Of a DNA stretch of 64,000 nt, positions 53,741 to 64,000 are shown piece by piece; positions within the stretch are counted from its first letter, which is position 1, and each line of letters begins with the position of its first letter. The notes below the pieces were generated by a model. It was not told where the DNA came from and did no database searches. It worked only from the letters and a program-made list of their open reading frames with translations. This DNA is from Octopus vulgaris (taxonomy: Eukaryota): the NCBI GenBank assembly GCA_951406725.2, contig OX597817.1, forward strand, positions 151,776,001-151,840,000, written 5' to 3'. The translations under genes were made by a program, and so were the position numbers.

Positions 53741-54401
53741 AAACATAAACTTGTATAAATGTGTGCATGGATGGGTGTGTGGGTGTATGTGTATGTGTGT
53801 CGCTTGTTTTGACATCATATGATGGTTGTAGAGGAGTGTCATCATTAAACAAGGTCTTTTCCAGTCTTTGATGTAAAACCTGTCTCGCCATGGAGAAATA
53901 TTACCTTGCTAAGAAACAGGTAAGGACTGGCCACAAAAAGAACAAACCCACCACAACAAATTCTGTCTGACCCATATTAAAACGATGATGATGATAAGTT
54001 TTTCTACACAAGCATGACTGTGTGGTAAGAAGCTTGCATGCTAATCACATGGGTCTGGGTTCAGTCCTACTGTGTGGCACCATGGGCAAGTATCTTCTAC
54101 TGTAACTTTAGGCCAATCAAAGCCTTGTGAGTGGATTTGGTAAATGGAAACTAAAAGAAGCCCATCATGTGTGTGTCTTTGTGCCTGTGTTTGTCCCTTA
54201 CCACTACTTGACAACTGGTGTTGGTGTGTTTTACATCCTTGTAACTTAGGGGTTTGGCAAAAGAGACTGATAGAATAAATACCAGGTTTTAAAAAACATA
54301 AGTATTGGGGTTGATTCATTCAACTAAAGTTTCTTCATGGCAGTGCTCCAGCAGGGCCACAGTCTAATGACTGAAACAAGTAAAAGAAAGAAAAAAGATA
54401 T

Positions 54402-54645
54402 ATTATTCATATTTGATGGATATTTGTCCTCATCTTCTTTGTTGTTAAAACAACGTTTTGGCTGATATACCCTCCAGCCTTCGTCAGGTATCTTGAGGAA
54501 ATTTCGAACCTGGATTCTCATTCCTAAGGTATTTCTCAATGTTATTATTATTACTATTATTATTATTGTTCAGGTCACTGCTTGGAATTGAACTCAGAAT
54601 CTTGGAGTTAGTAGCCCTCGCTTTTAACCACTACGCCATATGCCC
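54402..54645 (-). mobile_element. Second copy of the tRNA-headed, hammerhead-tailed SINE, with complete head
   Basis: A box tggcgtagtgg, B box gagttcaattcc, (AAT)n, then CTGACGA aggctg..cagcc AAAA cg TT. Confidence 0.75.
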
Positions 54646-56270
54646 ATGGGCCTATTATTTTTTAAATAATCATAAAGTAGTAGTAGTAGTATCGAAGCAT
54701 GAGCTGTAATGGTATGTCACTGCATCCATCATTTGTCAGTGATCCCCTATTCCCAATGGATTACACTTTTGCACCACAAAGGCAACAATCCTCCAACCCA
54801 TGGGTCTGTTTCGAGTAGTCATCACCAGTGAGGGTTTTATGAAGTCAGAGTACAAATCCTATGTCAGCCCCTTTTACAACTCGCAAAGGAATCATTAGAT
54901 TTTTTTTTTTTTTTATATACCAGTCCCCACACAGCACTTGATTGACATGAAATAAAGTGTTTTGTTCAAGAGCACAACATACCACCCAGTCCAGGAATTG
55001 AACCCATTGTCTAGTGATCATGAGTGCCACTCCTTAACCATTAGGACATGTGTCTTCATGGTCAAAGAATAAAAATATGTTTGGCTGTGAGTGTTCATAC
55101 TTATTTATCTAATAATATAGGCGCAGGAGTGGCTGTGTGGAAAGTAGCTTGCTTACCAACCACATGGTTCCGGGTTCAGTCCCACTGCGTGACACCTTGG
55201 GCAAGTGTCTTCTACTATAGCTTCAGGCTGACCAAACCTTTGTGAGTGGATTTGGTAGACAGAAACTGAAAGAAGCCCATCGTATATATGTATATATATA
55301 TATGTGTGTGTGTCTGTGTTTGTCCCCCCAACATCACTTGGCAACCGATGTTGGTATGTTTACATCCCCGTAACTTAGTGGTTCGGCAAAAGAGACTGAT
55401 AGAATAAGTACTAGGCGTACAAAGAATAAGTCCTGGGGTTGATTTGTTCGACAAAAGGCGGTGCTCCAGCATGGCCGCAGTCCAATGACTGATACAAGTA
55501 AAAGAGTAAAGAGTAATAAAAGTAAATGAATTGGAAATGAATTAATCAAATCTTCAAATCATGACAAATAACTTCCAGCCTAATCTTTTTTTTTATTATT
55601 TTAATAGTAAATTCATTATGGTTGACATTGTTGATATTAATCTGTCTGAGACAATCTTTCTGGTGAAAACGTGGTTTTGATTTCTGGCTTAGGTAGCACA
55701 TCGTTTCCTTGAGCAAGGCATTTCATTTCACATTGCTCTAGTCCACTTCGCTGATAATGCATTATTGCTTCAGAGTGGCACCGCACTGACTATTCACCTA
55801 AAGCCTAGCAAATGCATAATGTCAACTTGATGGCTACTATGCACGAGATGATGACGTCGATGGTGATGATGATGGTGATGGTACTTCCAATATCAACTTA
55901 ATAACTGAAATGTTATTTTACTAAATCTCACAAAATTTTTGGTTATTTTCAAAATTAATTGCTACACAAAGAGACAGTATTTCATCATAGAATTATAGTC
56001 ACAAAATGGTTAATGTGTTAAACAGATTTGTATTATGACTGCTGACATATAATAACAATATCTTTATATCATATATTTTATTGATTCACACTAAAGCCAG
56101 TGCTTTGGTTTCATTAAATTCCTTGAACTTAACTGAAATGTGCTATATTATGAGAAACATCTCAGTTCTAATGAAATTGTCATACAAAACCAGACAGAAG
56201 AAAAAAATATTGATCCCATTAAGCATGTAAAACATTATTGATTAATATTAAAATTAGAATGATGAGTTTA

Positions 56271-56772
56271 AGAAATATAGAGGAACAAAACTGCTTGGTA
56301 ACTAAAATATCTGACAAACCAACAGATGTTTGTCAGATGAAGAGATCTTGTAAAGCTTATATTTACTATTGTATTCTCAATAATTAATACAGAGAAATTT
56401 AAAAAATAATAAAGTGATATAAAAGAATGGTCAATTTAAAATTCTTTAAACTTGGACAATAACTTTCTCAGGAAATAAAAGAGATAAATGCTCTATCCAG
56501 TAAATGGTAAAATATATATAATTAAAAGTGGTTGTAATGAAATATCTTTGGAAAGCACTCTCTTTTATTCCTGAGAAAGTTTTTGTCCAAGTTTAAAGAA
56601 TTTTAAATTGACCATTCTTTTGTATCACTTTACTTTTTGTGGAATTTCTCTGTATTCATTATTGAAAATACAATTGTAAATATAAGCTTTACAATATCTC
56701 TTCATCTGGCAAACATTTGTTGGTTTGTCAGATATTTTAGTTACCTAGCAGTTTTTATTCATCTATATTTCT
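56271..56772. repeat. Imperfect fold-back, ~212-bp arms (56271-56483 / 56560-56772)
   Basis: aaaagaatggtcaatttaaaattctttaaacttggacaa / ttgtccaagtttaaagaattttaaattgaccattctttt. Confidence 0.9.
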
Positions 56773-57112
56773 ACCAATGATACATTTTACCATAAAATAA
56801 AGAATTTTAGGTTTGGGTTAATGAAACTTTACAGGTTAATCGTTATATTTATCAGCAATATTTTACATATATTTGCAATTCGAAATGGTCACCCTTTGGT
56901 TTCATCATAGTCTTTGATCTTTCCTCAACTGTTTTATCACCTCACAGTTCTTTTATACCAGTGATTTTCAATGATTGAGAACTTCTGTTCTACAAAATCT
57001 TCCTTGAATTAATTGCTTTTGATGAATTCAAGTTCTCACCAATTTCCTTGGATTAGAAACCTTACCATTTTTCTTCATCACTTATATACAGAAAGTAGCA
57101 AAAAAATAATAA

Positions 57113-57672
57113 CTAGCAGTATCGCCCAGTGTTGCTTGGGTTTGTTTCAACCCTTTAGAATTAGAATTTTTGAAAAGTAAAAATTTTGCATTGTGTAGCT
57201 TGTTATTCTCTTTAAGTGAATATCTTTCTGGTTGAAATACACCGAAAAATGGCAACACAGCAGTCAAAAAATTGTAAAAAGTAGGAATTTTCATAGAAAA
57301 AAAAGCACCTTTTTTATGTAAATAAATTTTGGTGTTAACATGGTCCAATTTGAATTTTAGAATTGAATTTTTAAAAAGTAAAAATTTTGCATTAAGTGAA
57401 AATTTTTCTGAAAATGGCGACACAGCAGTTAAAAAAAATCGTAAAAAATAGAGATTTTCATAGAAAAAAACCCACTTGTTTTATGTAAATAATTTTTGGT
57501 GTTAACATGGTCCGATTTGAATTTTATCTTCTACGGAAGGAAGAACAAGCCTTCTTATATCATACTCTCAATTTTGGTCAACTTGCGCCGTAGGGTCTCA
57601 GAGGAGATAGTGTTAGTTGAAGGCTACCAAACCTGCCATACACAGACAACTTCAGCTTTATATATAGAGAGA
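57113..57672 (-). mobile_element. Non-autonomous Helitron with internal tandem duplication
   Basis: Minus strand 5' TC(TCTCTATATATAAAG), sub-terminal hairpin, 3' CTAG, inserted between A and T. Confidence 0.7.
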
Positions 57673-58051
57673 TAACCTCCCAGATTCTGTATGCTAGACT
57701 CAACAGCTAGCATGTAGAGTGTGCAAGTTCAAACCATACTGGTAACTGAAAACATTAGTTACATGAAGACACTGCTACTACCAGCTCAAGTTCACCAGTG
57801 ACAGGATGCAGTAGAAAAACCTGTGGGAGGTTTTTCCACCACATCGTGGCAGAAATATTTTTCATGTTCCAATCATTGTGTTGTTACCATACTGGGGCAC
57901 TGCTTTGTAGGGTTTAAGTCAAGTACATATTTTTTAAAGCCAGGTTCTTATTCTATTGATCGCTTTTGCCAAACCGCTAATTTACCTGGAGATAAACAAA
58001 GCAACACTAGTTGTCAATTGGTAGTGAATGAAACTCAAAGACATGCACATT

Positions 58052-58087
<36 letters not shown>

Positions 58088-58091
<4 letters not shown>

Positions 58092-58346
58092 AATTAGGGT
58101 ATCTACGAGATACCACCATGCTGAAAATAGCAGCCATGATCTGACTCTAAAACCACCTTAAGTGTCCATATAGCAACATGGAGAGAAGACAAAGAGACAA
58201 GATGAAACATGGAAAAAATTACAGGTTTCATCTTGTCTCTTTGTCTTCTCTCCATGTTGCTATATGAACACTTAAGGTGGTTTTAGAGTCAGATCATCGC
58301 TGCTATTTTCAGGCATGGTGGTATCTCATAGATACCCTAATTTATA
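58088..58346. repeat. Near-perfect hairpin, ~121-bp arms, 16-nt loop, after (TA)n; single-copy relative at 5034-5175
   Basis: tagggtatctacgagataccaccatg / catggtggtatctcatagatacccta. Confidence 0.9.
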
Positions 58347-58462
58347 ATTTTAATAATTATTACCTTTGAAGGTTATTTTTTCCATGCTGGCCACTTGATA
58401 GGTTTATTATTTTATTTTAAATTAACGATCTTATCCTTATTTATATAAATTTACACACACAC

Positions 58463-58513
<51 letters not shown>

Positions 58514-58781
58514 GCTTCCATATAGTTTCCATCAGCCAAATTCTCTCACAAAGCATTGGTCTGTCTGGGGCTATAGTAGAAGACATTTGCCCAAAGTACC
58601 ACACAGTCGAATTGAACCCAAAACACCATATGTTTGCAAAGTGAGTGTCTAAACCACATAGCCATTCTTGCACATATGTATGTAAATATTCAAATATTTT
58701 TTTTTTACAGATGTTATGTTGACAATTTTCTCTAATAACAAATTCTTATTATTCTTTTATTCTTTTTTTTTATTTTACAGA

Positions 58782-60169
58782 ATGTCACAAGAAAAGTTTG
58801 AAAAGATACACCTGAGTGTGGTTCTTGAAGAAGCAGCTAACCACCAAATAAGCTTCTTGAACAATGTTAACCAATATCCTGAACTTTACGAACCTGCTTT
58901 TCTAAAACGAACTCTTTACAGATATGAAATACTTTGGTTGCCTCTAGCTTCCAAACATGATTTCATTCCAGCTCCATTGGATATTGAATGGGTATGGCAC
59001 TGTCATATGCTGGCACCACTAGCATATGCAGAAGACTGTGACAGAATAGTTGGTAAATTAGTTAATCATGCTCTCTACTCAGAACAAGTTCGGCAAAACA
59101 AACTACAAAAAAGTAGAGAACTGTGGACAAAAGCTTACCCTAATGAACCATTTGATATTCCGCCCAATTCTGATGATCCATGCCCTGAATATAAATCCCA
59201 ACTAAGTTATGATATTGTAGCCGCTGCTGCACGTCAAAGAGTTTTCCTTTACCAAGTTTCTCTACCTCACTATACAGACTACAGGTTCCTCAAACAAGCT
59301 ATTATACGATACAAAAAATACTTGCATTTGAAACAGAAGAATCCAGCCACCTTTCTGGTACCATGCTACGATATTGACCTTATTTGGCACAGTCACCAGC
59401 TCCACCCGATCAGTTATCAAAAAGACACAAAGAAATTATTCAACAGGGTCTTCAATCATGACGACACTGTCAATGATCGCAGTCCAAATTCAAAACTAAG
59501 CCTCTCAGATATTGAAACTAGAAATCTTTGGATCAAAACCTACAATGAAACATTTTCTATGTACGGAGCAATGTATCGTGGGGAACCACCAGAGAGAAAA
59601 CTTTATAAAATCACTAAGGAAAATTTATCTAGAATAAGTGCAAAGCATGCAATGTTTGTTGTTGAAAAGGTGTCTATACAGAATATTCCAGAAGAAGTAA
59701 GGAAATTTAATTTGGCTTTGAAACTTTTCCAGGGTTCAGATTATTTATGTACTAAACATCTCAATGGACCTAATATTGAATGGGAAGGAAAAGCCTTAAT
59801 GAAACATGACGTTAGCACCCACAAAAATTGCTATCTAACTATAACACTCTACAAAAAAGTTGGTTTGACCTGCTGTGGAAACAACGTTTCTCTTGGTACA
59901 ACCATGTTTGACTTTTGGAAGACAATTCATTTTGCCTCTGAAGGTCAGTCATTTTCAGAAACATTATTACTTGATGAAGCACCACAAATTTCTGTTCAAA
60001 TAAAAGGATACTTTACGAATCCAGTCAGTACTGCCTGCAATTTTACTGTTGAAGTTAGACCTTACAAAAAGTTTACACTGCCAACGCAGATTGAACAGAT
60101 GTGGGGACCAGTTCCATTACCTCACTTACCAAATGATGTCCAAAATGTGTCTTTTGTTGGTGAACATTT
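58782..60169 (+). CDS. First coding exon of a GRDP1-like glycine-rich domain-containing protein (DUF1399 family); gene continues downstream
   Basis: Polypyrimidine-CAG acceptor at 58780, ATG at 58782, 462 open codons, donor GTAAGA at 60170. Two DUF1399-type motifs: PLDIEWVWHCHMLAPLAYAEDC and FLVPCYDIDLIWHSHQLHP..Y..D...HDD..NDRS. Confidence 0.88.
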
Positions 60170-60536
60170 GTAAGAATTTTATTTACATTTTTTTGTAATC
60201 TAATATCACAACTCTTATCTAACATCTCCTTTCTGCTTTCAACACACCTCTGTGTATAAGACTTCACAACTGCTTAATACTTCACATCTACTTATCATTT
60301 CATATCTATGTAATATTACACCTCTATATAACATTTCACTTCGGTATCACTTCACAGCTCTTTATATAACACCTTAACCAAGTATAGCATCCTACATCTG
60401 TATAATGTCTTGTCTCTGTACATCTTGTCACTCCTATATAACATCTTTCCTCCATATAACACCTCACTTGTACATATTGATATCTTAACTCTGTATATAA
60501 TATTTCACCTGTATAAATATATATATATATGTGTAT

Positions 60537-60681
60537 ACTGGAGTAAGCACATAAATGTGAAAAAAGGTGGAAAAAAGAGTACTCAAATACCAGAGGTAGA
60601 GTAATGTGCTTTATTTAAAAGCAGCAGAAATATAACAAAAGCTGTTACTCAGAGTTTCACGTTCCCGTTCGTCAGACAGTT
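60537..60681 (-). mobile_element. PLE-like mini-element in (TA)n, same family as 1486-1721
   Basis: Shared gagtaa.cacataaatgtgaaa.aaggtggaaaaaagagtactcaaatacc. Confidence 0.8.
60642..60679 (-). ncRNA. Canonical minimal type-I hammerhead ribozyme
   Basis: ctgt CTGACGA acg ggaa cgt GAAA ctc t gag TA acag: all core bases, perfect stems I and II, GNRA loop, palindromic stem III, GUA site. Confidence 0.85.
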
Positions 60682-60733
60682 ATATATATATGTCACACTT
60701 CTATGTGCCATCTCACCCCGCTCTCTCGCTCTC

Positions 60734-60774
<41 letters not shown>

Positions 60775-60889
60775 TTATTTATGTGTGTACATGTGTAAGT
60801 TGTCTAAGAGTCTATAAGTTATTAAAAAATGTACTCATATATCTGTCAATAGAGTGGGTGTATTAATCAAAGTGTACAATATTATACAG

Positions 60890-61086
60890 CCATTACAACC
60901 AGTCTTACCAATTGGTTTTGTGTTAGGGATTCAACAAAGCGTTAGGTAACAGTCGTGCCTATCCACCTCCAACAGCATAGAGCAGTCACCATATTTCATT
61001 CTATAACGACTTCTTCTGATGAGTGCAAGGTTACATAATTGTTGAATCCCTAGCACAAAACCAATTGGTAAGACTGGCTGTAATGG
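60890..61086. repeat. Fold-back (arms 60890-60937 / 61039-61086) with decayed hammerhead at 61012-61073(+)
   Basis: CTGATGA gtgc...gcac AAAA ccaattgg TA aga; G12>A at a CpG. Confidence 0.7.
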
Positions 61087-61091
61087 ATATA

Positions 61092-61981
61092 CAGCATGTC
61101 CCAAAAGTCACTGATGAGTTTCAATTTTTAATAACTTCCTTAACTTTGCAAATAAATGCATGAAATTTTGGTACAATATAAAGGACATAATGGAAATTAT
61201 TGTGCATAAGTCAAATTTTACAACACTACTACATCACATATGAAAAATGATATCGTATAAATGGCAGCCATTTTCGGCTTCACATGCCCATGCTCTTTCC
61301 AAAACTTGTACCATAACACCCTCAAGAGTTTCAGACCCTGCTTCTCTGATTTCTCAATTGATGTTCTCCTTCAGTTGCACCAGGGTTTCCAGTTTGTTGA
61401 TGTAAGCCCTCTCTTTCAGGTATTCCCATAAGAAAAAAATCTGGGCTAGTCAAGGCCGGGGAACATGAAGGCCACTCAAAGCATATCTTGCACAGATCCC
61501 AGCAAGATGGGTTAACTGCTCATACTACAAGGGAAACAATGCAATTGTTACAGCTGTGCTTTGGAGAGAGAATAATCTCCCGTTATGGCAATGTCAGCTG
61601 GCCTTCATGTTTCCCATACTTGACTAGCCCAGATTTTTTCTTTTGGGGGATACCAGAAAGAGAGGATTTATGTCAAAAAACCAGAGACTCTGGTGCAACT
61701 GAAGGAGAACATCAAAAGAGAAATCAGCGAAGTGGGGTCTGAATTTCTCGAGGGGGTTATGGTACAAGTTTTGAAAAGAGCATGGGTGTGCGAAGCAGAA
61801 AATGGCCGCCATTTAAGCGATGTCATTTTTCATATGTGATGTAGTGGTGTTGTAAAATTTGACTTATGCATATTAATTTCCATTATGTCCTTTATATTAT
61901 TTCAAAAATTCATGCATTTATTTGTAAAGTTAAGGAAGTTATTAGAAATTGAAACCCATCAGTGACTTTTGGGACACCCTG
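61092..61981. mobile_element. Palindromic Tc1/mariner derivative made of two inverted transposase 3' ends, TA TSD
   Basis: ~383-bp arms; QQDGLTAHT...WPSCFPYLTSPDFFFWG...ENGRHLSDVIF; ends TA-cagcatgtccc / gggacaccctg-TA. Confidence 0.88.
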
Positions 61982-62305
61982 TATAATAGGTATATAAGTG
62001 TGTATATGTGTGTATATACACACATACACACACCATCTTACCTCTATATATAACATCTCACTTTTGCATATATCATCTCACCTTTATATATTATAACAGC
62101 TCACATCTATACAGAACACCTCATATTGTATGCTTCTCACTTTTATGTAACATCTTATTCCTACATAATCCCTCCCCTCTGTGTAAACACCTCACCCCAA
62201 AATTAGCATTTAACTTCTATATATAGCACCTCTTATACAAGGTTGTCTCTACATCATCGCTCAAGCTCTTAATAAATGCTTTCAAATATACCTGCTCCCT
62301 AGTAT

Positions 62306-62764
62306 CTTGAAATAAAAAGGAGATCATTTTTATAATAGTCCTGATGTATTGTCTGAAAATAAGATAGTGATCAAGTCTTAGTTACATCTGTCCCCTGGGT
62401 TAAACACCAATACTATTTATATCTCCTTTTATCACTTCTATCTCTTCAATTCTTACCTTATATGCTTCTCTGTTGAGTCTACTCAAAATATAATTTGAAC
62501 TCCACCAATCATTCGCTCATTATCCATCTTTTTATTAAATGTTTTATATATATATATATATATAATATAGGATAAAATTTTCAAAAACATTTTATCTGAA
62601 ATAAAAAGGAGATCATTTTTATAATAGTCCTGATGTATTGTCTGAAAATAAGATAGTGATCAAGTCTTAGTTACATCTAGGGCAAACACCAAACTATTTA
62701 TATCTCCTTTTATCACTTCTATCTCTTCAACTCTTACCTTATATGCTTCTCTGTTGAGTCTACT
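62306..62764 (+). repeat. ~175-bp direct duplication (62306-62483 / 62595-62764)
   Basis: gaaataaaaaggagatcatttttataatagtcctgatg... occurs twice. Confidence 0.85.
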
Positions 62765-64000
62765 TTCAAATTATAATTTATAAATCATTCGTTTTTTTTT
62801 TTCACTTAAAAATTTATATATATATAATTTTTTTGAAATTAAATTTTACATATTTATATAAATTATTATTTGAAAATTTTCCTATATTAGAAAAAATAAC
62901 ATTTACTTCCGGACTGTCTCTAACTCTTGTAGGACTTTCAGTCTGATCACATATGTCTCAAGGTACACTGCAAAATTTCTATTTTGGATATATTTGGGGT
63001 ACTTAAGTGTACTTATGGCTTTGCGTATGCTTGATCTATGTGTGCAGTTAAGTATTTCATTTATTTATTAATGTATTTACCACTGATGATGAGAGAATTC
63101 TTTATTGAATTAACTTAAAAATCAGAACTCTTTGGGAATTTTTGTCAGCGTGCTTCGAGACCTGTACTTTTAGTGATGAATTATGTGTGGTTATATAACG
63201 ATTTAAAGTCTATTTCTTGGCATATTTGGCATAAGAATTTTTTGTTTTGCCCTTATTTATAATTTGTTTTATATAGGAGTGGCTGTGTGGTAAGTAGCTT
63301 GCTTACCAACCACATGGTTCTGGGTTCAGTCCCACTGCATGGTACCTTGGGCAAGTGTCTTCTACTATAGCCTCGGACCAACAAAAGCCTTGTAAGTGGA
63401 TTTGGTAGATGGAAACTGAAAGAAGCCCATCGTATATATGTATATGTATGTATATATATGTATATATATATATATATATATATAATGTGTGTGTGTATGT
63501 ATGTTTGTGTGTCTGTGTTTATCCCTGTAACATCGCTTGACAACTGATGCTGGTGTGTTTACTTCCCCGTAACTTAGCAGTTCGGCAAAAGAGACCAATA
63601 GAATAAGTACTAGGCTTACAAAGAATAAGTACTGGGGGTTGATTTTCTTGACTAAAGGCAGTGCTCCAGTATGGCCACAGTCAAATGACTGAAACAGGTA
63701 AAAGAGTAAAGAGAGAATATTGCTTTTTTTTTTTCATGCTTGCATATGTGGGAAGAGTTTAGGGAAATGAGTACATTTATTTTAGATCAGTTTAAATGTT
63801 TGGGACATATTTGATCAGTAAAAAGGCCATTCTTACTTCAGTATACCATGGTGAAAATGTTTCCCTTTATGCAAAAGAGTAAAACACCAAAGCCATTTCA
63901 GAGTGGACCCTATGGAGTAATATATGTACTTCAAGCTCTTTATGCGCTCATCAGTATTAGACGCCAGGCAGGATAACTCCAAAATGACTAGAAGATTTTT

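Noticed and set aside
56330-56395. CAGATGA gaga...tctc within the 56.3-kb hairpin
   Set aside because: Both core halves deviate; cannot be called a hammerhead.
58716-58781. ORF-track start giving a 485-aa single-exon protein with a signal-like N-terminus
   Set aside because: The hydrophobic stretch is the intron polypyrimidine tract, and the stop at 60171 lies in a GTAAGA donor.
63083-63165. CTGATGA followed by GAGAC
   Set aside because: No GAAA and no convincing stems I or III.

Overview
This is AT-rich, repeat-dense eukaryotic DNA, very likely from an octopus; that identification is inferred from the SINE families and (TA)n/(CA)n density. Only one host coding exon is clear: a 1.39-kb exon (58781-60169, +) of a GRDP1-like/DUF1399 glycine-rich-domain protein. 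Most of the rest is probably one long upstream intron or intergenic DNA. It holds at least four tRNA- or LINE-derived SINE families, RTE/CR1/R4-type LINE fragments, Tc1/mariner, hAT, piggyBac-like and Helitron/Helentron relics, and two GIY-YIG Penelope-like element (PLE) remnants. The main hidden signal is about 18 minimal type-I hammerhead-ribozyme motifs (CUGANGA...GAAA-palindrome-UH) from about 13 dissimilar sequence families. Most sit in short fold-back (inverted-repeat) insertions lodged in (TA)n tracts. They include a 5-kb inverted repeat with a hammerhead at each end and a tRNA-headed SINE whose tail carries a hammerhead, a candidate Penelope-mobilised SINE. All folds were read by eye, and repeat boundaries are approximate.
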